From the NCBI RefSeq assembly GCF_913776565.1, contig NZ_CAJYPF010000191.1, positions 1 through 58,008 of the forward strand: 58,008 nt of DNA, given 5' to 3'. Below the pieces are notes generated by a model. The model was not told the origin of the DNA. It was given only the letters and a program-made list of their open reading frames with translations, and did no database searches. Of this stretch, positions 49,168 to 58,008 are shown one piece after another. The position numbers and the translations under genes were made by a program. Within the stretch, counting starts at the first letter, position 1; every line of letters starts with the position of its first letter. The DNA comes from an uncultured Microbacterium sp. Its GTDB lineage: Bacteria; Actinomycetota; Actinomycetes; Actinomycetales; Microbacteriaceae.

Positions 49168-49529
49168 GGACGCGGATCGCGCGGGACGTCCAGGCGCGGG
49201 GTCTCGGCGATGCGGATGACCAGGGGCTCGTCGGATGCCGCGACCGTCTGCGCCGGGCGGGGCGCTTCGATCGCGCGCTCGGGGTTGATCGCGGTGGTCT
49301 CGGCGGCGTCCTGCCCGACATTGGCGACGATCACCGCGAGGTAGGGCAGGAAGATCGCACCGGCGGCGAAGACGAAGGTGTACCAGCCGTACGGCTGCAC
49401 GACGGCCATGGCGATGAAGCACGCGATGCGAATCCCCATCATCACCATGTACTTGGCGAAACGGTTGTCGGCGTCCTCCCGGGGTGCTTTCGGGAGCGAC
49501 GTCGCAGACTGGGCGCGGTTTGTCTTCAC
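49164..49529 (-). CDS. DUF3099 membrane protein
   Basis: KYMVMMGIRIACF, GAIFLPYLAVIVAN. Confidence 0.85.
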   Translation of the reverse strand: MKTNRAQSATSLPKAPREDADNRFAKYMVMMGIRIACFIAMAVVQPYGWYTFVFAAGAIFLPYLAVIVANVGQDAAETTAINPERAIEAPRPAQTVAASDEPLVIRIAETPRLDVPRDPRP

Positions 49530-49754
49530 AGTGGTTTCAGGGTACGCCCGCAGCGTGAGCGCAGGGTCGGGTGGCGCAACGACTTCTCGACGTCGTGAGA
49601 ACGAGTCTCGGGCGGCCGCGTCGGCGCGGGGCGGGACGGGCCGCGCGTGCCGGTCCCCGGCGAGTGCCCCGGGGGGTGTTCGGGTCCCCGATTCGATGGG
49701 GGCCGCTCGCGCGGAGCCGCCCGAGAGGAACCCGACTCGACGGTGCCGCTCGCG

Positions 49755-50474
49755 TCAGACGCCGTAGCCGGAGCTGGTCTCGCCGATCGCCGCCTGGATG
49801 AGGATGATGAAGAAGATCAGCAGCAGTACTCCGAGGACCAGGGTGACGTAGCCCACGATGAGGCCGGCGATCGCGAGGCCGCGACCCTTCTCCGCGCGCG
49901 CCTTGATCTGCGAGAGCGACATGTGCCCGGTGACGATGCCCACGATCTGACCGATGACCGGCAGGACGAACACGCCGACGATCGAGGCGATCAGCGACAC
50001 GATCGCGAGGGTGTTCGTGCGCGCGGGCATCGCGTAGCCGTAACCGCCGGACGCGTAGGCGGCGTCGCCCTGGCCGTAGGCGGTGGGCGCGGCCGCACCG
50101 TAGGACGCGGCGCCGTAGGCGGGGGCTCCATAGCCGGGGGCTGCGTAGGCGGGGGCTCCGTGGGCGTCGGCACCGTAGGCGGGGGTTCCGGAGGTCGAGT
50201 CCGCGGAGCCCGAGGTGGGCGCGGCGGATCCGTACGTCGGCGCCCCGGGCGACGGTGCTCCGTACGTCGGCGCGCCGGACGACGGTGCGTCGTACGGCGG
50301 CGCGTCGGAGGACGGCGCTCCGTGCGAGGGGGAGGGGGATGCCGCATCTCCTGACGCGGGGGCGGACGGCACCGCGGGGGAGCCGGTGGGCGACGCCGTC
50401 GGCTCGGACCCCGTCCCCGACGCGCCGGAGTCGTGCGCGGGCTGGTTCGGGTCGGTCGTGCGGTCGTCGCTCAC
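49755..50474 (-). CDS. DUF4190-domain membrane protein with PxYGA-repeat N-terminus
   Basis: TNTLAIVSLIASI, GHMSLSQIK, GRGLAIAGLIVGY; AAAGG RBS before GTG. Confidence 0.85.
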   Translation of the reverse strand: MSDDRTTDPNQPAHDSGASGTGSEPTASPTGSPAVPSAPASGDAASPSPSHGAPSSDAPPYDAPSSGAPTYGAPSPGAPTYGSAAPTSGSADSTSGTPAYGADAHGAPAYAAPGYGAPAYGAASYGAAAPTAYGQGDAAYASGGYGYAMPARTNTLAIVSLIASIVGVFVLPVIGQIVGIVTGHMSLSQIKARAEKGRGLAIAGLIVGYVTLVLGVLLLIFFIILIQAAIGETSSGYGV

Positions 50475-50618
50475 GGTATCCCTTTCGTCGCGGATTCTTC
50501 CAGCGTTCCAGCGCCGCTCGGCCTGTGTCAAACCCCGTCGCGTGCGGTTTCGCGGTCTCGTCGCCGCGCCGTCGGTAGGCTGGGGCGGTTCCGTCCCCGC
50601 CCGCACAGGAGTCTCACC

Positions 50619-51329
50619 ATGTCCCAGGACCGCGTCGTCGTCGTCACCGGAGGAAACCGGGGGATCGGTCGCGCCATCGCCGAGCGTTTCGTGGCCGAGG
50701 GATGGAAGGTCGCCGTCACCGCGCGTTCCGGCGAGGGTCCCGAGGGCACGCTCACGGTCCGCGCCGACGTCACCGACGCCGCCACCGTCGACGCCGCCTT
50801 CTCGCAGGTCGAGGCCGAGCTCGGCCCGATCGCGGTGGTCGTCGCGAACGCCGGCGTCACGAAGGACACCCTGCTGCTGCGGATGAGCGAGGACGACTTC
50901 GACAGCGTCGTGAACACCAACCTCGGCGGGGCGTTCCGGGTGGTCAAGCGCGCGTCGAAGGGAATGCTCAAGGCGCGCTGGGGCCGCGTCATCCTCATCT
51001 CCAGCGTCGTGGGGCTCTACGGCTCGGCGGGCCAGATCAACTACGCGGCGTCGAAGAGCGCCCTCGTCGGATTCGCCCGGTCGCTCACGCGCGAGCTGGG
51101 CGGCCGCGGGATCACGGCGAACGTCGTCGCTCCGGGCTTCATCGAGACCGACATGACGGCGGAACTGCCCGCCGACACCCAGGCCGAGTACAAGAAGAAC
51201 ATCCCGGCCGGGCGCTTCGCCTCGGCCGACGAGGTCGCGGGCGTCGTCACGTGGCTGGCGGGGGACGACGCGGCCTACATCTCGGGTGCGGTCATCCCGG
51301 TCGACGGCGGCCTGGGCATGGGGCACTGA
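50619..51329 (+). CDS. fabG: Beta-ketoacyl-ACP reductase
   Basis: TGGNRGIG, ANAG, NYAASK, PGFIETDMT, PVDGGLGMGH; AGGAG RBS. Confidence 0.93.
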   Translation: MSQDRVVVVTGGNRGIGRAIAERFVAEGWKVAVTARSGEGPEGTLTVRADVTDAATVDAAFSQVEAELGPIAVVVANAGVTKDTLLLRMSEDDFDSVVNTNLGGAFRVVKRASKGMLKARWGRVILISSVVGLYGSAGQINYAASKSALVGFARSLTRELGGRGITANVVAPGFIETDMTAELPADTQAEYKKNIPAGRFASADEVAGVVTWLAGDDAAYISGAVIPVDGGLGMGH

Positions 51330-51497
51330 CCCCGGACAGCACGCGCACCCGCGGGCGGCGACGCCCTCCGTGTCCTCGTGACAGCCCCGGCCCGGGCTGC
51401 GATCCCCGGCGCTCTCCGCGAACCGGAGGGAGTCCCGGCTCACTCCGCGGTCCCTGGATCTCACGATCACGCGGGTGCCCGCACCCCGGGCCCTCGC

Positions 51498-52187
51498 TCA
51501 CCCGCCTGCCTCGCCGACCGCCGCGACCAACCGCTCGGCGAAGCGTTCGGGCTGTGAGAACTGCGGCCAGTGACCCGAGTCCAGGTGCACGACCCGCACG
51601 TCGCGCAGTCGCTCGACCTCGCGCGCGAAGGGCGGCCACACGGCGAGCATCCGCGTGAAGCCGTCGGCGTCGAGGCGTCCCGACAGGATCGTCACCGGGA
51701 TGCCGTATCGCCGCTCATCGGCGAGGGTCAGCGCCGAGGTGGGGACGCGCCCCGGCACGTCGACCACGCGCGCGGCGGTGCGCCGGCGCGTGTCGTCGTC
51801 GAGGTCGGACACGTCGTCGTGGTCGAAGAAGTCCCATCCCGGGAAGGGGACGACGCCGTCTTCGACGGGGAACTCCGAGATCATCGCCCCGGGCGGGGGG
51901 ACGGCGGTGTCGACCAGCACCACGCGGGAGACCCGGCCGGGGCGTCGGTCGGCGGCACCCCACACGACGTTGCCCCCGCCGGAGTGCCCCACGAGGACGA
52001 CCGGCGCGTCGATCCGATCGATCTCGACGACGACCGCGTCGACCCAGTCGTCGATGACGAGGTCGCCGACGGCGGGCCCCGGGAGGGTCAGAGGGTGCGG
52101 GTGATGCCCGGCGGCGGTGAGGGCGGGCAGGACCGCGTCCCACGACGACGCGTCGAGCCAGAGACCGGGTACGAGGATGACGTCCAT
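51498..52187 (-). CDS. Alpha/beta hydrolase
   Basis: ILVPGLW, GHSGGG nucleophile elbow, GHWPQFSQP; TACGCT 6 nt before ATG. Confidence 0.88.
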   Translation of the reverse strand: MDVILVPGLWLDASSWDAVLPALTAAGHHPHPLTLPGPAVGDLVIDDWVDAVVVEIDRIDAPVVLVGHSGGGNVVWGAADRRPGRVSRVVLVDTAVPPPGAMISEFPVEDGVVPFPGWDFFDHDDVSDLDDDTRRRTAARVVDVPGRVPTSALTLADERRYGIPVTILSGRLDADGFTRMLAVWPPFAREVERLRDVRVVHLDSGHWPQFSQPERFAERLVAAVGEAGG

Positions 52188-52389
52188 GTCGGGAGCGTAG
52201 AACGCCCCTCCGACATCGGCCAGGTTTCCCGCGAGCCCCGGGCGGATTCCACCCGCCACGACCCGCCCACGCCCACCGCGGACGTCACTCGAGGTCTCGG
52301 TACCAGCGGCCGACCCGCGCGCGACGACGACGCCTGCCGCAGCAGCGAGGAACCGCCTCGACGCGTACCGGGCCGGACCCGACGTCCGC

Positions 52390-53025
52390 TCAGCGCGGCA
52401 GCAGAGCGATGACCTGGGCCAGGTCGACATCGCCGATCACGAGATCGGCGCGCCCGCGCACGGCCGGCTTGGCGTTGAACGCGAGCCCGAGCCCGGCCAC
52501 CGCCATCATCTCGAGGTCGTTGGCTCCGTCGCCGATGGCGAAGGTGCGCGACAGGGGGACGCCGTTGTCGTCGGCCCATCGCCGCAGCGTGTCGGCTTTG
52601 GCCCTGGCATCCACGATCTCGCCGTCGACGGTGCCCGTCAGGGCGCCGTCCGCGACCGAGAGACGATTCGCGCGCCAGACGTCCACGCCGAGGTCGGGGG
52701 CGATGACGTCGAGCACTTCGTGGAACCCGCCCGAGACGACGCCGACGAGGCCGCCGCGTTCGTGGACGGCGGCGATGAGGTCGCGGACGCCCGGGGTGGG
52801 TTCGATCCTCGCGATCGCACGGTCGAACGCCTCGACGGGGACGCCGGCGAGCGCGTCGACGCGCGAGCGCAGGCTGGTGGCGAAGTCGACCTCGCCGCGC
52901 ATCGCGGCCTCGGTCGCGGCGGCGACCTCGGCGCCGCGTCCGGCTTCGTCGGCGAGGAGTTCGATGACCTCGTTGCGGATCAGGGTCGAATCGGCGTCGA
53001 GGACGACGAGGAAGCGAGCGGGCAC
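52390..53025 (-). CDS. serB: Phosphoserine phosphatase (HAD)
   Basis: [42 protein letters not shown]. Confidence 0.94.
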   Translation of the reverse strand: MPARFLVVLDADSTLIRNEVIELLADEAGRGAEVAAATEAAMRGEVDFATSLRSRVDALAGVPVEAFDRAIARIEPTPGVRDLIAAVHERGGLVGVVSGGFHEVLDVIAPDLGVDVWRANRLSVADGALTGTVDGEIVDARAKADTLRRWADDNGVPLSRTFAIGDGANDLEMMAVAGLGLAFNAKPAVRGRADLVIGDVDLAQVIALLPR

Positions 53026-53236
53026 GGCCTCGACCCTAGCGGGTGCGGCGAGAAGGGCCGGATGCCCGGTCCCGAGTGCACCGCCCGCGGCGGATCATCC
53101 GGTCGCGCGACACTCGTCGCACGGCCGCTCCCGCCGGGCGGTGACACCCGTCTCACGACGTCACCCGCGGACCCCGTGTCGGTGCCTCGCCGTAGGCTTT
53201 CGGAGTACCGCCGTCTCCCGAGAAAAGGACTCACCC

Positions 53237-53710
53237 ATGGCCGACGTCGAAAGCTTCACCCTCGATCACACCGCCGTCCTCGCGCCGTACGTGCGCCTCA
53301 TCGGCACCGAGTCGGGCCCGCGCGGCGACGTCATCTCGAACTTCGACCTGCGTCTGGTCCAGCCCAACGAGGGCGAGATCCCCACGGCGGGCCTGCACAC
53401 GATCGAACACCTGCTCGCGAGCCTCGTGCGCGACCGCATCGACGGCCTGATCGACATCTCGCCGTTCGGCTGCCGCACCGGCTTCCACGTCATCATGTGG
53501 GGCGAGCCCGAGGTCGCCGCCCTGGTCGACGCGATCACCGACTCGCTGCGCGCGATCGCCGAGGACGTGTCCTGGGACGACGTGCCCGGCGTGGACGCCT
53601 TCAGCTGCGGAAACTACCGCGATCACAGCCTGCACAGCGCGCGCGAGTGGTCGAAGGTCGTCCTCGAGAAGGGGATCTCCCGCGACGCGTTCGCGCGCGT
53701 GGGCGTCTGA
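53237..53710 (+). CDS. luxS: S-ribosylhomocysteine lyase (AI-2 synthase)
   Basis: [39 protein letters not shown]; AAGGA RBS; TAGGCT -10 at 53192-53197. Confidence 0.96.
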   Translation: MADVESFTLDHTAVLAPYVRLIGTESGPRGDVISNFDLRLVQPNEGEIPTAGLHTIEHLLASLVRDRIDGLIDISPFGCRTGFHVIMWGEPEVAALVDAITDSLRAIAEDVSWDDVPGVDAFSCGNYRDHSLHSAREWSKVVLEKGISRDAFARVGV

Positions 53711-53718
53711 CCTCGGCC

Positions 53719-53788
53719 CCGGATGCCGACGGGGCGGCGACCATCACGGTCACCGCCCCGTCGGGTACGCGGGGCTCGCGGCATCCGG
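53719..53788. terminator. Nested hairpin between the convergent luxS and glgC genes
   Basis: Inner arms CCGACGGGGCGG.GACC / GGTC.CCGCCCCGTCGG; outer arms CCGGATGCCG / CGGCATCCGG. Confidence 0.6.
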
Positions 53789-53803
53789 AGCCCTCGTCGT
53801 GTT

Positions 53804-55048
53804 CTAGGCGTGGACGTGCACGTCCTTGCCGACGACGGTGATGCCCGTCTCGGTCACCGTGAAGCCGCGCGCAATGTCGCGCTCGCGGTCGACGCCGATG
53901 GTCGCACCCGGCTCGAGGACGACGTTCTTGTCGAGGATCGCGCGGTGGATGCGCGCACCCGCACCGACCTGCACGCTGTCGAAGAGGACGGAGTCGGTGA
54001 TGGTCGAACCCCCTCCGGCGAGGGCCCACGGGCCGACGACGCTGCGCTCGAGGTGCGTCCCGGACAGCACCGAACCGAGCGACACGATCGAGTCGATCGC
54101 GTTGCCGATGCGGCCGACCGAGTCGCGCACGAACTTCGCCGGAGGGGCGTTGAACGTCTGCGAGAAGATCGGCCAGTCGTCGTTGTAGAGGTTGAAGATC
54201 GGCAGCGTCGAGATCAGATCCATGTGCGCGTCGTAGAACGACTCGATCGTGCCGACGTCGCGCCAGTAGGAGCGGTCGCGCGGTGTCGAACCGGGGACGT
54301 CGTTGCGCTGGAAGTCGTAGACGGCCGCCTCGCCGCGGTTGACGAAGTAGGGGACGATGTCGCCGCCCATGTCGTGCGCCGAGGTCGGCAGTTCGCCGTC
54401 GTGGGTCACGGCGTCGACCAGGGCGTCGGCGTCGAAGATGTAGTTGCCCATCGAGGCGAGCACCTCGTGCGGCGAGTCGGCGAGGCCCGCGGGATTCTGC
54501 GGCTTCTCGAGGAATTCGCGGATCTTCGTCGGGTCGTCGGGATCGGTGTCGATCACGCCGAACTGGTTCGCGAGCGCGATCGGCTGACGGATGCCGGCGA
54601 TCGTCGCCCGTGCGTCCGAGGCGATGTGCGCGTCGAGCATCTGCTTGAAGTCCATGCGGTACACGTGGTCGGCGCCGATGACGACGACGATGTCGGGCTT
54701 CTCGTCGCGGATGAGGTTCATCGACTGCAGGATCGCGTCCGCCGACCCGGAGAACCACCGCTTGCCGAGGCGCTGCTGAGCGGGGACGGATGCCACGTAG
54801 GAGCCGAGCATGGGCGACATGCGCCACGTCTGAGAGATGTGGCGGTCGAGGCTGTGCGACTTGTACTGGGTGAGCACGACGAGCTGTCGCAGGCCCGAAT
54901 TGATGAGATTCGAGATCGCGAAGTCGATCAGGCGGTACTGGCCGCCGAAGGGGACGGCGGGTTTGGCGCGGTCCGCCGTCAGGGGCATGAGTCGCTTTCC
55001 CTCGCCGCCGGCGAGGATGATTCCGAAGACCTTCGGCGCTGCAGGCAT
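53804..55048 (-). CDS. glgC: Glucose-1-phosphate adenylyltransferase
   Basis: [53 protein letters not shown]. Confidence 0.97.
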   Translation of the reverse strand: MPAAPKVFGIILAGGEGKRLMPLTADRAKPAVPFGGQYRLIDFAISNLINSGLRQLVVLTQYKSHSLDRHISQTWRMSPMLGSYVASVPAQQRLGKRWFSGSADAILQSMNLIRDEKPDIVVVIGADHVYRMDFKQMLDAHIASDARATIAGIRQPIALANQFGVIDTDPDDPTKIREFLEKPQNPAGLADSPHEVLASMGNYIFDADALVDAVTHDGELPTSAHDMGGDIVPYFVNRGEAAVYDFQRNDVPGSTPRDRSYWRDVGTIESFYDAHMDLISTLPIFNLYNDDWPIFSQTFNAPPAKFVRDSVGRIGNAIDSIVSLGSVLSGTHLERSVVGPWALAGGGSTITDSVLFDSVQVGAGARIHRAILDKNVVLEPGATIGVDRERDIARGFTVTETGITVVGKDVHVHA

Positions 55049-55124
55049 GGCACAACACTAGGGGTCGCGAACGGATGCGGGAACAACTCCACGGCGCGCC
55101 TCGCGCTGTACTACGGTTCGTCTC

Positions 55125-56315
55125 ATGCGCGTCGACATCGTGACCAAGGAGTACCCGCCGGAGATCTACGGGGGAGCCGGAGTCCACGCCACCGAGCTGG
55201 TCGCGGCGCTGCGCGCCGCCGGCACCGAGGTCCAGGTGCGCGCGTTCGGCGCCGACCGCGATGCGCCCGACACGACGTCCTACGGGGTCCCGGCCGAGCT
55301 CGCCGGGGCGAACGGGGCGATCCAGACGCTCGGTACCGACCTCGAGATCGTCTCGGACGTGGCCGGCGCCGACGTCGTGCACTCGCACACCTGGTACGCG
55401 AACTTCGCCGGGCATCTCGCGTCGCTGCTGCACGGCATCCCGCACATCGTCACGGCCCACAGCCTCGAGCCGCTGCGTCCGTGGAAGGCCGAGCAGCTCG
55501 GCGGCGGGTACGCGGTGTCGAGCTTCATCGAGAAGACCGCCTACGAGGGGGCCGCCGCGGTCGTCGCGGTGAGCGAGGGCATGCGGCAGGACATCCTGCG
55601 CAGCTACCCGTCGCTCGACCCCGACGCGGTGCGCGTGATCTACAACGGCATCGACACCCAGTCGTGGCATCCCGTGGTCGACGACGACTTCCTCGCCTCG
55701 GTCGGGATCGACCCGGGGCGGCCGTCGGTCGTCTTCGTCGGGCGGATCACGCGGCAGAAGGGTCTGCCGTACCTGCTGCGCGCGGCGGAGCAGCTGCCGC
55801 CCGAGGTGCAACTCGTGCTGTGCGCCGGTGCCCCGGACACCCCGCAGATCATGGCGGAGGTGCAGGAGCTCGTCCGCGGTCTGCAGGCCACGCGCGACGG
55901 CGTCGTGTGGATCGAACGGCTCCTCCCGCGCGAGGAGCTGTGCACGATCCTGACCGCCGCGACGACCTTCGTCTGCCCGTCGGTGTACGAGCCGCTGGGC
56001 ATCGTCAACCTCGAGGCCATGGCGTGCGGCGCCGCCGTCGTCGGCACCGCGACCGGTGGCATCCCCGAGGTCGTCGTCGATGGCGTGACGGGCCGACTCG
56101 TCCCGATCGAACAGGTGCAGGACGGCACCGGAACGCCCGTGGATCCCGACCGGTTCGTCGACGACCTGGCCCGCGTGCTCACCGAGGTGGTGACGGATGC
56201 CGACCGCGCCCGCGCGTACGGCGAGGCCGGACGCCAGCGCGCGGTCGACGACTTCAGCTGGGCGGCGATCGCCGAGCAGACGGCCGCGCTGTACGCGGAG
56301 GTCGCGGGGAGGTAG
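55125..56315 (+). CDS. glgA: Actinobacterial GT4 GlgA/GlgM (ADP-glucose-dependent maltose-1-phosphate synthase)
   Basis: KEYPPEIYGGAGVH, HSHTWYA, WKAEQLGGGY, GRITRQKG, EPLGIVNLEAMAC; divergent from glgC. Confidence 0.94.
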   Translation: MRVDIVTKEYPPEIYGGAGVHATELVAALRAAGTEVQVRAFGADRDAPDTTSYGVPAELAGANGAIQTLGTDLEIVSDVAGADVVHSHTWYANFAGHLASLLHGIPHIVTAHSLEPLRPWKAEQLGGGYAVSSFIEKTAYEGAAAVVAVSEGMRQDILRSYPSLDPDAVRVIYNGIDTQSWHPVVDDDFLASVGIDPGRPSVVFVGRITRQKGLPYLLRAAEQLPPEVQLVLCAGAPDTPQIMAEVQELVRGLQATRDGVVWIERLLPREELCTILTAATTFVCPSVYEPLGIVNLEAMACGAAVVGTATGGIPEVVVDGVTGRLVPIEQVQDGTGTPVDPDRFVDDLARVLTEVVTDADRARAYGEAGRQRAVDDFSWAAIAEQTAALYAEVAGR

Positions 56316-56489
56316 GCGCGGCTCGTCCGGCCCGCCGTGGTCGCGGGAACGTCGGTGCGATCCGCCCGGCCCGGCGTGGAAAGCGGGGACGGTCCTGGAG
56401 GTCGCGGGGGACATGCGGGCGCGTGCGGCCCCGCGCGACGCGGGCCCCGGCTGACGGGCGAGCGAGCACGCGGCCGTTAGGCTGGGGGC

Positions 56490-57272
<783 letters not shown>

Positions 57273-57375
57273 CGCGGGACCGCTCGGCCGTCCGGGTCGA
57301 CACGGTCCGACGCGGACATCCGGACGGGGGATGTCGTCCCGTGCGGGACGGGCGACGGGCCTGGTAGAATCTCCC

Positions 57376-57440
57376 GTTGGTGCCTCCGGCGCCGCAGACT
57401 TTGACGTCCTGGCAGAATCCAGGGCACCACTTCTCAAAGG
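57376..57440 (+). ncRNA. Putative structured L31 5' leader
   Basis: TAGAAT -10 at 57365-57370; TGGTGC (57378) pairs with GCACCA (57424), enclosing CCTGG-CAGAAT-CCAGG. Confidence 0.35.
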
Positions 57441-57447
57441 ACCTTCC

Positions 57448-57699
57448 ATGCAGACTGACATTCACCCCACGTACAAGGCCGTCGTGTTCCGCGACCTCGG
57501 TTCGGGCGACACCTTCCTCACCCGTTCGACCGTCTCGAGCGACAAGACGATCGAGCTCGACGGCGTGGAGTACCCCGTCATCGACGTGGAGATCTCGTCG
57601 GCCTCGCACCCGTTCTACACGGGCAAGCAGCGCATCATGGACTCGGCCGGCCGCGTCGAGAAGTTCAACCAGCGCTTCAAGAACTTCGGCGGTCGTTGA
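57448..57699 (+). CDS. rpmE2: 50S ribosomal protein L31 type B (no Zn-ligand Cys)
   Basis: [42 protein letters not shown]. Confidence 0.95.
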   Translation: MQTDIHPTYKAVVFRDLGSGDTFLTRSTVSSDKTIELDGVEYPVIDVEISSASHPFYTGKQRIMDSAGRVEKFNQRFKNFGGR

Positions 57700-57721
57700 T
57701 CCTCAGCGATCACGCGTCGAC

Positions 57722-57753
57722 AGCCCCTCGTCCTTCGGGACGGGGGGCTTTCT
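57722..57753 (+). terminator. Intrinsic terminator of rpmE2
   Basis: AGCCCCTCGTCC-TTCG-GGACGGGGGGCT followed by TTCT; cUUCGg loop. Confidence 0.85.
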
Positions 57754-57882
57754 CGTGCAGCCGCGGGCGGGGATGCCCTGTCGGGTCGGGGTGCGGGCGC
57801 CGTCTCATGCGAACGTGGGAATGGCCCCCGTTCGCGTCGGGGTGGGGGCGCTGAGATCGGCCATCGACGCGCGGCCGGGGAC

Positions 57883-58008
57883 TCACGTGGGGGTGAGGAT
57901 ATCGCCGGCGTGCGTGTACGGGCCGAGGTCCGACCGCCGGTCGTTCCACATGGTCTGCTGTCGGCGCGCGGACGCGATCGCGTGGGGGTCGATGTCGACG
58001 ACGACGAG
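57883..58008 (-). CDS. 3' end of a probable carbon-nitrogen hydrolase (nitrilase superfamily) gene, truncated by window
   Basis: Open frame LVVVDIDPHAIASARRQQTMWNDRRSDLGPY...TPT*, the typical xDID..AR...DRRxDL C-terminus. Confidence 0.6.
   Translation of the reverse strand, partial: LVVVDIDPHAIASARRQQTMWNDRRSDLGPYTHAGDILTPT

Noticed and set aside
50030-50330. 15- and 30-bp repeats in the DUF4190 gene
   Set aside because: Ordinary PxYGA low-complexity coding repeats typical of this family
53040-53236. SAH or SAM riboswitch upstream of luxS
   Set aside because: No recognisable consensus, and the likely -10 at 53192 leaves a leader of only about 35 nt

Overview
High-GC (roughly 70%) actinobacterial chromosome segment; gene content and order point to Microbacteriaceae, probably Microbacterium (inference). 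The backbone is conserved: uvrA(3')-uvrC-rapZ-whiA-sodA-gap-pgk-tpiA-secG-rbpA, then tkt-tal-pgi-zwf-opcA-pgl on the minus strand, ctaB/ctaA, sufB-sufD-Rieske-sufC-sufT, an ABC-F gene, SURF1/DUF3099/DUF4190, fabG, serB, luxS, glgC/glgA, an ABC ATPase, rpmE2 and the 3' end of a C-N hydrolase gene. Two accessory blocks interrupt it. (1) About 9.95-20.85 kb, between rbpA and pgl, is a self-contained amino-sugar polysaccharide system I cannot match to a named locus: UDP-HexNAc 6-dehydrogenase, ArnA/UXS-like SDR, a probable second GlmS, a secreted CE4 deacetylase with a CBM-like domain, a DPBB-like lipoprotein, a divergent processive GT2 (QMRRW) and a LAL regulator. It has a cluster of candidate operators and GGATGCC/GGCATCC palindromes at both ends. 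(2) About 36.7-45.0 kb holds a serine hydrolase, PatB and an iron-siderophore uptake module with two IdeR/DtxR-type boxes. Across the whole window the heptamer GGATGCC/GGCATCC is strongly over-represented (about 90 copies counted by eye), often via rare codons, and forms the core of several intergenic hairpins. No tRNA, rRNA, CRISPR array, integrase or transposase was seen. All calls come from reading motifs by eye; no database searches were run.
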